Source of the DNA: a virus
Lineage: Duplodnaviria; Caudoviricetes
Virus record (IMG/VR): IMGVR_UViG_3300020042_008421
Coordinates: 1-50,449 of that record
Strand: one strand, 5' to 3'
DNA length: 50,449 nucleotides
Shown in pieces: positions 16,303 through 27,600 of the stretch (positions within the stretch are counted from its first letter, which is position 1; every line of letters starts with the position of its first letter). The notes below the pieces were generated by a model. That model saw only the letters and a program-made list of their open reading frames with translations, made no database searches and was not told where the DNA came from. Position numbers and translations under genes: made by a program.

Positions 16303-18756
16303 TTATATACCTCTTATTATTGATTTTATTGTCCAAGAACCAGTTGCTGCTGATCCGGTTAATACCATATTTGATCCTGATACTTGTACAGTGAAGACTA
16401 CTGCTGATGTATTTCCAAAATCTGTTGTAGTTGTTTCTGTAAAGTTTACAGATGTACCACTTTGTATAGCCATAATCTGTCCTGCTCTTGCATTAGAACC
16501 AGATTTGATTGAGTAATCAAAGAATGCAGTATCGTAAGAAGCTGTTGGTAAACTATAAACTACAAATGATCCAGAATTGGTCATTGTAACTTTTTTAGTT
16601 GTTATCAACATTGGGTCTAGATAGTCACCTATTAAAGTAGTACTATCAGAGAATACTTCTAGTATTGGTAAACCTGAAATATCATTTACACTGAATAGTG
16701 ATCCTGATAAACTATCTGTTATGCTGAATAATTCCCCTTGTGAGCCTCGTACTGTGAGTATAGGTTGAGCAGAACCTGATCCTATAACTGTAAGTATAGC
16801 ACCTGATATTGCTGTGTTAATTGAGCTTGTTATTGTTACTTTGCCAATAAAGTTACTAGACCCGGATACATTTAATATATTAGGCCATATTGTACCATTA
16901 CCAGTTGCATAAGGTCCTATTAATACTCCTCCACCTCCATATAAACTTGTTGGTCTTAAAATAATACTCCTATTAAATGCACTTGGAGATGCTGCGATTG
17001 AAATATTCCCATTACTGTCATATAAAGAAATGCTGTTATTATTTACAGAATCTGTCCATGCATTATTTAATGTGTAATTACCAAAACCTGAAATTGCGTA
17101 ACGTATAGAGCCAGTTACTGTTAAGTTATTATTTACTGTTAACCCATTGTAAAAAGTTGCATTACGATCATCTAATACTACTAAACTTGCACTACCATTT
17201 GTGTTTTCAACAAGAAGTGCTGTTGTAGCAGATGTCGCACCTGATCCTCTAACTTGTACTAGTGACGATGCTAATCTAGCCCCTTGGCGGGTTGCTCCAG
17301 TTAATGTTGTAAAGAAAGCTGATGGGCCTGAAAATCCTGCTATTGATCCTGATCCGTATACCCCAATTTGTCCTGTACCATGTACGCCAGCAGCATCAGG
17401 TTGGCTACCCCAGTTATTAACCATTGTTTGGTTTCCTTGGATACCATAAGCATATCCTGTAGTGTATATTCCTCTTCCAATGTTATGAATAGTATTGCCA
17501 TTAGCATACAAGGCTGTTCCACCTACTATATTTCCAAAACTAACAGTTAATGGTCCTGATATTGAAGAACTTCCACTTACATTTACTGATCCAGTTACAA
17601 TCAAACTACCAGTAGGTATTCTTACAGTACCGTATAATGTTTGAGTATCATTAGCAGCATCTCCTAATTGGTTAGAACCTGAGGAGTACTGTGTTTGATT
17701 AACTACTAATGTACTAATAGAGGCAGTACCATTTAAGGTTAAATTACCATTAAATGTTAAATCTTGGTTTAATGTATTAAGGAAAGATGCTGTTAAGGCA
17801 TTTGTAGCCCAACTTGATGTACCTAAAAGTGATCCTGTAAATGAAGTAGCTGTTAATGAACCTGTTAGTCCATAACTACCTGTAAGTTGTTTTGTATTGA
17901 CCCAAACACTACTACTATATACTAATAAATCACCACTTGTTAAAGACCCAGTATTTATTCTAACATTATGTAATTCATCTATTTCATAACCATTATCTAC
18001 TTTAACAAATATTTTACCATTATTAACATGAGCATAAACAACATATCCTATAGTAACAGTATGTTGTGGAGCTTGAGGCTTAACTTTTGTTATAGATCCT
18101 GGCGTTGTTGGGGATAGATATAGTGGGTCACCATCTACCCAAGTTTCACCTTGTAAGGTTCCTGTAGTATTTATGCCTCTAACTAATCCACTATTAGTAA
18201 TAAAACCTTCTTCGTTTACATTAATATTTTCTGTTACTAACCCTAATGTGTCTACTGAGTTATCATCATTATTAGCTTGAGCTAATACAATAGCTAATCG
18301 TTGTCCTTGTGCTCCACCTTCATCTACTCTACGTATACGAACAGCTTTATACTCAGATTCTAATAAATTGGCTCCAGTTTTATTTACTACTCTAACAACT
18401 TGTTCTTGACCTATTTGTAAAGTAACATTTCCACCTTTTAATCCTAAATCTAAAGTACCATCTGTATTATTCCATACTAAACGACTAGCAGGTCCTGATC
18501 CTGAGAAATATATTGAATCTGTTAGATAAGTTGAGCCTGTTACTACTAAAGAACCAGTTATAATAGCAGAACCAGTATATGGAAATGCTGTTCCACCTCC
18601 TCCATTTAAAGCAAAGGATGCTGTTAAAGCATATGAAGCAGATATAGCATTAGAGGCACTTATACCTGTAATTCCACTACCATCCCCAAAAAATGATCCA
18701 GAAAATGATCCTGAGTAGGATTTAAAATTAACATCTATAGGAAAATATTCTGCCAT
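16303..18756 (-). CDS. Tail fibre-like protein
   Basis: 817 aa, S/T/G-rich, with repeated (I/V)TGS beta-strand units and modules shared with other fibre genes in the window. Confidence 0.75.
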   Translation of the reverse strand: MAEYFPIDVNFKSYSGSFSGSFFGDGSGITGISASNAISASYALTASFALNGGGGTAFPYTGSAIITGSLVVTGSTYLTDSIYFSGSGPASRLVWNNTDGTLDLGLKGGNVTLQIGQEQVVRVVNKTGANLLESEYKAVRIRRVDEGGAQGQRLAIVLAQANNDDNSVDTLGLVTENINVNEEGFITNSGLVRGINTTGTLQGETWVDGDPLYLSPTTPGSITKVKPQAPQHTVTIGYVVYAHVNNGKIFVKVDNGYEIDELHNVRINTGSLTSGDLLVYSSSVWVNTKQLTGSYGLTGSLTATSFTGSLLGTSSWATNALTASFLNTLNQDLTFNGNLTLNGTASISTLVVNQTQYSSGSNQLGDAANDTQTLYGTVRIPTGSLIVTGSVNVSGSSSISGPLTVSFGNIVGGTALYANGNTIHNIGRGIYTTGYAYGIQGNQTMVNNWGSQPDAAGVHGTGQIGVYGSGSIAGFSGPSAFFTTLTGATRQGARLASSLVQVRGSGATSATTALLVENTNGSASLVVLDDRNATFYNGLTVNNNLTVTGSIRYAISGFGNYTLNNAWTDSVNNNSISLYDSNGNISIAASPSAFNRSIILRPTSLYGGGGVLIGPYATGNGTIWPNILNVSGSSNFIGKVTITSSINTAISGAILTVIGSGSAQPILTVRGSQGELFSITDSLSGSLFSVNDISGLPILEVFSDSTTLIGDYLDPMLITTKKVTMTNSGSFVVYSLPTASYDTAFFDYSIKSGSNARAGQIMAIQSGTSVNFTETTTTDFGNTSAVVFTVQVSGSNMVLTGSAATGSWTIKSIIRGI

Positions 18757-18765
18757 TTATTTTGG

Positions 18766-18774
18766 TATAAATAT
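18766..18774 (-). promoter_or_regulatory. Putative late promoter motif ATATTTATA
   Basis: Exact copy 9 nt before the ATG. Confidence 0.6.
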
Positions 18775-21497
18775 TAGAAGAATGTTAATTGCCTCCAGAA
18801 TGGAGTATCATTATGTCTTGCTACATATAGATATTTTAAATTATCTTCTGTTCTTACCATCCACATTCTTCGACCTTGCAAAGCTGTACTCATACCTGCT
18901 GGTATTTGGCCTGCGTTGTGTGTTATATCTAAGTCGACATCTAAATAATATATACGGGCGGTAGCATTAGATTGAATATATAATCTACTTTCTCCATCAT
19001 AAGCATACATTGTGCCTGTTCCTAATAATTCACTAGTGTTTACTCCTAATAAAGATGCTCTTGGATATTCAAGTTGCATAGTATTAATATTATACTTGGT
19101 ATATCTTGTAGTTGAGTTACCTTCAAATAAGTAAATATATTTTCCTCTGTTAGCAGCAGAACCTGATGGTCCGTATCCGTAAATCCATTTTAATTCTCCC
19201 CCAGTTGTTCTTAAAGCGTTAGGTATAATACTATATACACTTGTTGTGTCAAAAGTAGTTGTTGTTGCTACAGTAAGAGTATTACTAGTATTAGCTGTAA
19301 TGATATATTCGTTACCTACGTTTGTGCCAGCTAATACTCTTAAACGAGCGCCTGCCCAAAAGTTAGAAGGCCAAATTTTAGTACCATCAGTTAATGTTGT
19401 AGTTGTACCAGAAGTACATACACCATGTCCCCAAGTTGCAGCCATACTTGATGTAGTAAAAATGTTAGCAGTAGCTGTAGCATTTGCACTTATAGACATT
19501 GATATAAACTGAGGAGCTGTAGGTGCTATATCAAATGACCTATAAAATGTACCTGCAGGGATACCTGATCCTGTAATTGGGGCTCCTAATGGTAAAGCTA
19601 AAACACTCGCTGATAAACTAGCTGTTACATATACAAATGGTGCTCCATTGACTGTACTTCCAGATACAAAATAAGTACTACCAGTATAAGGAGCTGAGTC
19701 TAATCCATAACTCGCCTGGAATGAAGCAGATGAAATAATATTATATCCCCAAATTGCTCCTGCTATTGTAGCAGGAAGGACTGAGTTTAATGTTAATGAT
19801 TGGGATGTATTACTAGCTATTAAGCGATAATAAGTAGTAGGACTTTGAGCTGTGTTATTCCATATTTGTAGTACTTTACCAACATGCTCATTTGTTATCC
19901 AATTTTTAGACATATCAAAAATTGGGGAAGTTGTGTGAGAGTTTAATGTAGCATTAGTTGAAGGTGTACCAGTCATTGCATAAGTAAACTGGGTTGGGCC
20001 AGTTCCACCTCCAGCTAATGCAGTAGATAATGGGTATGAGCTTGTTACTACAAAGTTTCCATTATAAAATGCTCCGTCTGCTCCTAAAGCCCCAGATACA
20101 AAAATTCTATCTCCATCTTTAAAACAATGGTTAGCAATTGTTGTCACAGTTGCTACTGTTCCTGTTCTAGTAATTGATTGTATTGGAAATTTCATCTCAG
20201 TACTAGAAGAGTATTGAGCATAAGCTACATTAGCTACACCCCAATCAAATACTTGAGATGGTGACCATGAATTACTTTCATCTGAGTATTGGGCTAATGT
20301 GGCATTACCTCCTCCCATCATATAATACTTATCATCATCAGGTACTATGTCATATAAATTACTAGCACTTAATGGAAAATCCCAGTCATGACCTATAGTG
20401 ATAGTATCATTAGTATTTCTAATAATAGTATGTTCTTGACCATTAGTTAAATTTCTAACTTTATAGTTATTAAATTGTCCTGGAATCCAAGTTTTAGTAC
20501 TATCAGTAAATGAACGAGATGAAGCAGATGTTATAGATCCTGTGTCATATGTTGCTACAATTGTACTATCAATTCCTTCAATATATAATTCAGCACCTGA
20601 AGTAAATGAAGGTATAACTCCAGTTTGACTATGAGCTGAAAACCATTGGCCTCTAAGTGGTTCCCACCAATAATGGGTAAAGAATGAACCAGCTGTTGTA
20701 TTAGTAATATAATGTAATGTTCCACATTTAACCACACATTCACTTGTAATATCTAAAGTAGTAGTTAAAGGTGAATCTAAGGTTATAATGCTAGATTCAA
20801 TAACTGCTCTTGAACCATAAGAAGTGCTAGGTGTTAAGAAAGTAGAATCCCAACCATGATTATAAGCATTATGAGTATCTATAGCATGCCAGTTAGCATC
20901 TGCAAAATATAAAGTATCGTTATTATTATAAAGAATAGTTCTTACAAAATATTGCTGTGAAGTACCTAAATAAACTCTAATTTGATAGTTTCTCCATTGA
21001 TTTATTCTCCATTTTTTAGATGAATCAGTTATAAAACCTGTACTAGCACCAGTGTTCTGGAAGGCTGTTACAGTAAGGTAATCAAATGTTGTAGGATCAG
21101 ATACATTAGTTATAGTTCGTTCTTGTCCTGCTCCTAATCCATTTATTACTTTTATTTTATATCCTTTAACTGTTTCACCAGCTAAAAATGCTCCAGTAAT
21201 AGTAGAACCACTTCCTGCTATAGCATATGTGTGATAACCATCATCTACTTTCCAAGTACCAGTATTTGTACTAGTTACACTAACAGGTACACCTACATTT
21301 ATGATAGCCCATGAATCTGAGTAGGTATCGTATCTATAAAAGGCAGTATTAGCAATGGCATATATGTACTGATTTCCACTTCCTGTTAATGGAGGTAATA
21401 TATAAGTAGAACTTACGTTGTTTGTAAATGGAGTGTATCTCATCCATTCCCATACTGGTTGGTCTACTTGTTTTCTAAGTCTGTTTACTAAAGCCAT
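18774..21497 (-). CDS. Large virion protein with kelch-like blades and repeated beta modules
   Basis: YIYA...YRYD...DSW and GKYIYLFEG...KYNI blade-like segments, plus repeated TDxxKxWxxNxW units. Confidence 0.65.
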   Translation of the reverse strand: MALVNRLRKQVDQPVWEWMRYTPFTNNVSSTYILPPLTGSGNQYIYAIANTAFYRYDTYSDSWAIINVGVPVSVTSTNTGTWKVDDGYHTYAIAGSGSTITGAFLAGETVKGYKIKVINGLGAGQERTITNVSDPTTFDYLTVTAFQNTGASTGFITDSSKKWRINQWRNYQIRVYLGTSQQYFVRTILYNNNDTLYFADANWHAIDTHNAYNHGWDSTFLTPSTSYGSRAVIESSIITLDSPLTTTLDITSECVVKCGTLHYITNTTAGSFFTHYWWEPLRGQWFSAHSQTGVIPSFTSGAELYIEGIDSTIVATYDTGSITSASSRSFTDSTKTWIPGQFNNYKVRNLTNGQEHTIIRNTNDTITIGHDWDFPLSASNLYDIVPDDDKYYMMGGGNATLAQYSDESNSWSPSQVFDWGVANVAYAQYSSSTEMKFPIQSITRTGTVATVTTIANHCFKDGDRIFVSGALGADGAFYNGNFVVTSSYPLSTALAGGGTGPTQFTYAMTGTPSTNATLNSHTTSPIFDMSKNWITNEHVGKVLQIWNNTAQSPTTYYRLIASNTSQSLTLNSVLPATIAGAIWGYNIISSASFQASYGLDSAPYTGSTYFVSGSTVNGAPFVYVTASLSASVLALPLGAPITGSGIPAGTFYRSFDIAPTAPQFISMSISANATATANIFTTSSMAATWGHGVCTSGTTTTLTDGTKIWPSNFWAGARLRVLAGTNVGNEYIITANTSNTLTVATTTTFDTTSVYSIIPNALRTTGGELKWIYGYGPSGSAANRGKYIYLFEGNSTTRYTKYNINTMQLEYPRASLLGVNTSELLGTGTMYAYDGESRLYIQSNATARIYYLDVDLDITHNAGQIPAGMSTALQGRRMWMVRTEDNLKYLYVARHNDTPFWRQLTFF

Positions 21498-21498
21498 A

Positions 21499-22017
21499 TT
21501 AGCTGAATATTAAGTTTTGTCTTATTAATGCGTATGATTGTCTTGATTGTGGAAAAAACATTGCTTCTGCTGCTGTTATTGCTGAGTTTTGTGCACCACC
21601 TAAATATGTTAAGTTATGTGAATTTATAGCGGAAATTGAAGTAAAAGAAGCATCAACCATTTGTAAACCAGCAGAGGATGCTCTTGAGGATGGTTCTAAT
21701 AATTTAACCATACGTCTCATTAACTCATTCTGTTCACCAACTAATTGTAATGTTTCATCAGAGGCAGGTGTAAGAATATTATCAATGAATATTTGTAGTT
21801 TGTCACTACTTGACATTGTTGTAGTATTAAAGTCTAATGTTAAAACATTATTAACTATAACTCCACCCGCATTAGGATCTGCAAAATTATATATAATCTT
21901 GTTAGTAGTTACATTAGTAATAATCAACAGTTGTTCTAATGTTATAACATCTGTTGTGTTAAATGCAACAGTTTGAGCAGCAGCATCAAAACTATAATCT
22001 TCAAATAGTATTTTCAT
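21499..22017 (-). CDS. Putative virion structural protein
   Basis: YSFDAAAQT...LLIITNVTTNKIIYNFAD resembles N-termini of structural proteins in T4-like aquatic phages (from memory, unverified). Confidence 0.6.
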   Translation of the reverse strand: MKILFEDYSFDAAAQTVAFNTTDVITLEQLLIITNVTTNKIIYNFADPNAGGVIVNNVLTLDFNTTTMSSSDKLQIFIDNILTPASDETLQLVGEQNELMRRMVKLLEPSSRASSAGLQMVDASFTSISAINSHNLTYLGGAQNSAITAAEAMFFPQSRQSYALIRQNLIFS

Positions 22018-22159
22018 TGGATATTAATCTATATTGTTCCTCAGATGCGCTTTTATTTTGCAATTCAATCATAACTCGCTCAGATTGATATTGATCGTAG
22101 CAACTAAAGACTGTGGTCCATATTCTTTCTTGTAATAACTGTACTTCGTATGTTGTCAT
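22001..22159 (-). CDS. Small hypothetical protein (52 aa)
   Basis: Likely start at the ATG at 22159 (MTTYEVQLL...), after a near-match late motif at 22172-22180. Confidence 0.55.
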   Translation of the reverse strand: MTTYEVQLLQERIWTTVFSCYDQYQSERVMIELQNKSASEEQYRLISNENTI

Positions 22160-22187
22160 ATTGTATATAATAATAAATATATTGCTA

Positions 22188-22916
22188 TTAGCCAAGCGCT
22201 ATTGAATAAGCTATCATTAGAGAATTTAAATCTACTCCATTTTGAGTAATATCACCTTGAACGTTTAATGATCCACTAATAGAAACACTACCTGTTATTC
22301 CTATCTGATTTTGAGTTCCATAGTTTATAGCAGGAGTTGAACCATCAGGATATATTAAATGTCTAACTTCAAAATCCGCTGATTTATCCCCAGCTGAGTC
22401 TACAATAATTCTCCTATTCCAATCAAAAGCAAGTCCTCCAGCATCATCATAAAGAGCACCATCATTCCAATTTAATCGATTTACCCCAGTACTGTCATAT
22501 ACGTTACCATTTTCCCAATCTACAACAATTGTTGCTGCTGAGTTTTGTAAGTAACTATTTAACCAATCAACTTTAGTAATAGATCCATTAGTTAAAACTC
22601 CAGTTAAAGTATTTATTCCCGTGTTATCTGTAGGGGAGTTTCGCGCTATTAAAGGACCAGTTACTGTTAAACTTCCTGATATATTAGAGCTTCCTGTTAC
22701 TGTTAATCCATTTGTGAATCTTCCACTACCACTTACGGTTAATGGTCCAATCACAGTTAAACTTCCTGTTATTCTAGCAGATCCAGTATACGGGAAAGCA
22801 GAGGGTAATGTGAATGCAGAACCAGTTCCATCATATATTAAAGTACCATCAGTTTGTAAGACTCGTTGGTAACTATCTTCTATATTTTGACCTGTGAAAT
22901 CAAAAGGTCCGGCCAT
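22188..22916 (-). CDS. Short fibre-like virion protein
   Basis: AFPYTGSAxITGSL module shared with the 817 aa fibre; repeated xDW units; C-terminal IAYSIALG. Confidence 0.65.
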   Translation of the reverse strand: MAGPFDFTGQNIEDSYQRVLQTDGTLIYDGTGSAFTLPSAFPYTGSARITGSLTVIGPLTVSGSGRFTNGLTVTGSSNISGSLTVTGPLIARNSPTDNTGINTLTGVLTNGSITKVDWLNSYLQNSAATIVVDWENGNVYDSTGVNRLNWNDGALYDDAGGLAFDWNRRIIVDSAGDKSADFEVRHLIYPDGSTPAINYGTQNQIGITGSVSISGSLNVQGDITQNGVDLNSLMIAYSIALG

Positions 22917-22929
22917 AACTTATTTTTAT

Positions 22930-23487
22930 TTATTTAGGTAGTTTAGCAACTATCCCATTTATAATCTCTTGAACATAATTTTGTTCAACTTTGTTTTCTT
23001 GTAAGTAAGTACCAATTATATTGTTTACTTTATCTTTTTTAATAGTTAAGTTTTTAACATTAATATCTTCTTTAACCAACATTTTAACTATTCGAATAAT
23101 ATGCTCAGTTACAGGATCAACTTCTTGTATTCCTGTAATTTGGATTTTAGGAGTAGTATCTTTTATTACTTCAGCATCATTAGATTTAACTTCTACAGTT
23201 ACTTTACGAGATGAATCTACTATAAAATCTGACTTCCAAGGGGTAAAATATGTATCCTCTGCTATGACTTCAAGCTTTATTTGACCTGAGGTGCTATCTT
23301 CTAGTAATCCTTTTAATTTTTTAATAGGAATAGAACATTTTCCATCTTTATTAATTGTTCCTTCAAACATTAAATTAACATCTTCAGACTCAATTATTAA
23401 TCGAGCTGAACTGTTTTTTAATGAAGCGCCTTCAAGTTTAATATTACACTCAAATACTTCAGGTTTATCTGTAAATAATTTATACAT
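22930..23487 (-). CDS. Hypothetical protein
   Basis: 185 aa, TAATG-coupled to the upstream gene. Confidence 0.8.
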   Translation of the reverse strand: MYKLFTDKPEVFECNIKLEGASLKNSSARLIIESEDVNLMFEGTINKDGKCSIPIKKLKGLLEDSTSGQIKLEVIAEDTYFTPWKSDFIVDSSRKVTVEVKSNDAEVIKDTTPKIQITGIQEVDPVTEHIIRIVKMLVKEDINVKNLTIKKDKVNNIIGTYLQENKVEQNYVQEIINGIVAKLPK

Positions 23488-23819
23488 TATAAGTCTACTT
23501 TTATGTTTATTCCTAAGACTTCCTTAGCAACTAAGGATATGTCCGTTATACGTATTTTACGTTCTAGTACCTCTTTAGTTTCTTTGTATTCTTTGCCTTC
23601 TACTTTACAAAGTAATTTAATAAATCGCTTCTTTTCTTCTTTAGGTCGACGTTGCCAAAAATCATGCTCATCATAACCTCCACCTTGAATAGCACCAATT
23701 ATACCGTCTATTAACGCGCAATCATCCCAAGTAAACGGATTAATGCTTTGGTTCGGGAATGGATTCGCATCCCAAGAGAAATTCGCATTACCCCACTGGA
23801 ATGGCGTTCTTGTACTCAT
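23487..23819 (-). CDS. Hypothetical protein
   Basis: 110 aa with a Trp-rich N-terminus. Confidence 0.78.
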   Translation of the reverse strand: MSTRTPFQWGNANFSWDANPFPNQSINPFTWDDCALIDGIIGAIQGGGYDEHDFWQRRPKEEKKRFIKLLCKVEGKEYKETKEVLERKIRITDISLVAKEVLGINIKVDL

Positions 23820-23866
23820 TAGTAAGATTCTATATTTAATATATCAAGTAGAAATAATTCCGCCAT
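23819..23866 (-). CDS. Mini-ORF (15 aa) MAELFLLDILNIESY
   Basis: First ATG after the late motif; its TAA overlaps the next ATG (TAATG). Confidence 0.45.
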   Translation of the reverse strand: MAELFLLDILNIESY

Positions 23867-23876
23867 TTTACTTTAA

Positions 23877-23885
23877 TATAAATAT
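23877..23885 (-). promoter_or_regulatory. Putative late promoter motif ATATTTATA
   Basis: Exact copy. Confidence 0.6.
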
Positions 23886-24679
23886 TAATAAGAACCACCA
23901 CCAGATGATCCACCACTTCTACCTGATGAGTAGTTTGTTGGTTGCATATTGTTAGGCGTCATTTGTGACCCAGTTGAAGATTGAAGTGTACTGTTTATAG
24001 GTATTAATATACTATGAGATTCAATAGAGTGAGTAGCTCCAACCATAGGTCCTTTATCAGGGTGGATATGGTAAGATCCTATATATTCTCCTCCATTTGG
24101 AGTTTTAAATTCTTTACCATTTGTATATAAATTATCTTGGATTGGAGCTTTATAATATTGTGTATAATTCATTTTTAGGTATTCATCTAATCCATATACT
24201 TTTTCTTGTTCTTCAGCGTTTTTTATAGTATAACGATTATAATCACTCACTGTTTGAACACTACCTGTTAACATCCATTTAATATTAAATGGTTTATATA
24301 TATTATAATCTTGATTAGCAGTATTATTTAATGTATTATATTGATCCTTTGTTAATTCATCAAACAAATATTCATTTCTTTTTTTAGAAAAGTATCTTAT
24401 AAAAATTCCTTGTTCATAATCCTTAGGAGTAGGAAATAATGGTGGGATTGGAGTAGTAGTAAGAGATGGAGGAACATATGGAACATCATCTGGGTTAGGG
24501 GTTAAAGGACCAACAGGAAATAGATATTTATTTTCACCTTTTCCAGGGTATTCTCCAGACTGTATTATACCGCTAGCTAATTTATAGTAAGGTCCAGTGT
24601 AACTGTTACCATTAGAGTCAACAAACTCATTAGGACCAGCTACTAACCCAGTTTTTATTTTATTTTTAGGAGTATACAT
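23885..24679 (-). CDS. Hypothetical protein, probably baseplate-associated
   Basis: 264 aa, directly downstream of the hub genes; contains an internal duplicated EF...NG..Y.G.Y motif. Confidence 0.7.
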   Translation of the reverse strand: MYTPKNKIKTGLVAGPNEFVDSNGNSYTGPYYKLASGIIQSGEYPGKGENKYLFPVGPLTPNPDDVPYVPPSLTTTPIPPLFPTPKDYEQGIFIRYFSKKRNEYLFDELTKDQYNTLNNTANQDYNIYKPFNIKWMLTGSVQTVSDYNRYTIKNAEEQEKVYGLDEYLKMNYTQYYKAPIQDNLYTNGKEFKTPNGGEYIGSYHIHPDKGPMVGATHSIESHSILIPINSTLQSSTGSQMTPNNMQPTNYSSGRSGGSSGGGSY

Positions 24680-24683
24680 TTTA

Positions 24684-24692
24684 TATAAATAT
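24684..24692 (-). promoter_or_regulatory. Putative late promoter motif ATATTTATA
   Basis: Exact copy, only 4 nt before the ATG. Confidence 0.55.
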
Positions 24693-27600
24693 TAGCCAAA
24701 GTATTTGTTATTTACTGGGTCATGGATGTTTAGTTTAGAGTAACTCGCTGCGTTACCTGTGCCCGCCACTACAACTTCAAAATCAAATGAATTACCATTT
24801 TTTAAATTCATACTATTAGCTAAGAAATCCATAAATTTATCTCTCGCATCATTTGAAACATATCCAGTAAACGCTCCAGATTTAACAGTTTGATCAAAAT
24901 AACCATTTTTATCTTTATTATTAATAATTGCTGATGTTGCAAATAGTAAACATCCAATGCTCCATCGTACATCTGGGTTTTTACCTATCCATTTTGTATT
25001 TCCTCCTGGGTGCCATAATATTCCATCTCTGACAACTCCATTTGATTTAATACTTGTACTTCCACCCTTTCCATTAGCAAATCCATTTGTTCTGATTATT
25101 TTTCCTCTTTTATTTTTATATTGTATTGTAGCATTATAGAACCCTAATGGAATACAACTAGATTGTTGGGATGTAGTAGCTTTTTGGTTATTTAACCATG
25201 GACATTCTAATACCCAATAGTCTTGATCATTAGCTACTGTTTCTTTACCATTTCCATCTACATTAATTAATACTAATCTAGATACAACTTGATTTGAATC
25301 AGCATATGATCTAACAACTCTAATTCTAGTTACACCTGGTGTTCCTCCTGGTGTGCTTGGGGTGTTAGCATTTGGATCTTGTGCTGGAGGTGATTCAACA
25401 TATTTTGCTTGTTTATTCCTTTTAACACCATGTGATGATATTTTTGGAGCACTTGCTTTTCCAGTAAAACCAGTATATTTTGGACCAGATATACTTTGTA
25501 TAGTTGTAGTCCAATCATTGTTTTGAATCTTATGTGATACTCCAGTTATAATATATTGGATAGAATCTTTATATCTAGGTGGTAATAATTTAGTATCAGC
25601 TGTGTATGATTCATATATTCGCATTCCACTTAATCCATCCATTGTTAACTCAAGATTAATAGGAATAAAACCAATACTAGGTATAATACCATTATCAACA
25701 TATAAACCTACTTCATAACCAAATAAATCTACTCCTGCATCTATGGCTCCATCTATTTGTTGGTCTGTGATATTACCATCATTTATAGCTGAGTATAGGT
25801 TTTGCACTATACCTACATTTGAATAAAATTTACCATCTATATTACCTGTTGTTACTCCTTTAGGATCATTTTCATTTCCTTTATCTTTAATGATTCTATC
25901 AGTTAAACCTGCATTAAAAATAGCTAATCCAGTTGAATTAGATCCTACTACATTACCATTAGCTTGAGCCCCAACAGTAACCATAGTTTTAAAGTTATTT
26001 GATAATTGGGTTTTTACAGATGCATCTCTCATAAAACTTCCTTCAGTAGGAGTTAAAGTGTGAGTTTTAAACTCAACAGGTTTATTTGTAAATGCTAATG
26101 GTTTGTATTTATCTAAAAATGGAATAAAAGTGCTATCAACTATAGAAAATTCATTTTTATCTTCATCATAAGTTACATTGAAATTATTAAGATTTCCTAA
26201 AGCATGTTGTGTTCCTTTCATTAGTTTATCTAAAAAATCATACATAGCTATAGCTCCTGTACTAATGTTAACATAATCTTGCAATATTTTAGCAGCATAA
26301 TTCATGTTAATATAGATATTCATAGTACGACCTATAAATGGAAAGTTAGCTGTATCTACTCTAAAGTTAGAACCTGGTCTTATTTTATCAAATAAATTAT
26401 TTCCTACATCTACAACAGTTGATGCAACTGGGGTATTGGTGTATCCTGTTGTTTCTTTAACTAAAGAAGAAACTGTAACTGTGACAGTTGTTATTGTAAC
26501 TGTAGTAGTAATTTTGTCAACTGCTGTTCTTCCTCTTGTATGTGTAGGTGAAGTGAATGTTACTACTTTTGTTGGGTTCCAACCTTGAGTTATATACAAT
26601 TGTCCCTCAACTGCGGTGGCTAGTGGAGTAGGAGAGTAGGTTCCAAATTGGTATTCATTCCTAAAATCATCAGCTGTGTCTATATTTTGTGACACGTATT
26701 TATCTAAAATAGCTATACCAGCAGTAGAATTAGGATTGATGGGGAAGTTATCTAATGATGTTACAGTTCCAACTGGTCTAGGACCAGTTTTAGTTACAAC
26801 CTTTTGTACTGTGTTTAAATTATCTTTTAAAAACTTATCTAATGATGCTTTAACTGGGGGATCTTCAACATCTAAAACATATGAATTGATATTTAAACCA
26901 TCTGATTTTTCTCCATAGAACACATCTTTTTGGACTACAGGAGTATTACCGTTTAATGATTCTTCAACCTTTACTATTTTAAAATCATAATAAGTACTAT
27001 TAATAGTATAATTTGACGCTGCTGCAGGAGGAACAGTAGCTACTCCGGTTAATGGATCTATATCTAATTTTAGATTTTGATCTATGTCAATTAAACATAC
27101 TCTAGGATCTAAACTACCATGTCTAGCATATGTAAAACAAAAGTTTTCTTCTTCATCTGAGTTAAGTGAGAATATAGCTTCATTATCTTTATCAGATAGA
27201 TTATATAATAGACAAAAATTCTGCAGGCATCTTAATAATACTCCCAATTTCATAAAGTATTGAGCATTAAAACCTTGAGTTCCATCATTTACTCCATTTA
27301 ATTCTGGGAATAGAAATCCTACTACATCACCTTGAGCAGAAGGATTACTATCATGTTTTTGATTTGGGGTTAACCCAATTAAACCTCCAATTATATCTGC
27401 TGTAGTTTGATTTCCTTGTAAGTAAAATGTGGCTGAGGCGTCTTTTGATAAATTTCTTGGAGGAAGTTGATTAGAAAGATTAAATAATATTTTATTTAAT
27501 GTTGATTTCTCTGAGTTATATTGGAGTGGAGGTTGGTCAACAGGTACATCAGTTGTTTCCGTTTTAGTAGTTGGATGTGAAGAATTTGTTTTTAATGATT

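Noticed and set aside
24671-24699. TTGGC-N18-TATACT near-match to the early promoter
   Set aside because: Its downstream box lies inside the coding sequence, past the ATG at 24679, so it is probably chance.
9399-25518. Short alternative-frame minus-strand ORFs (9399-9584, 17340-17522, 20555-20743, 25330-25518)
   Set aside because: They are nested inside long genes, with no promoter motif or recognisable protein features.
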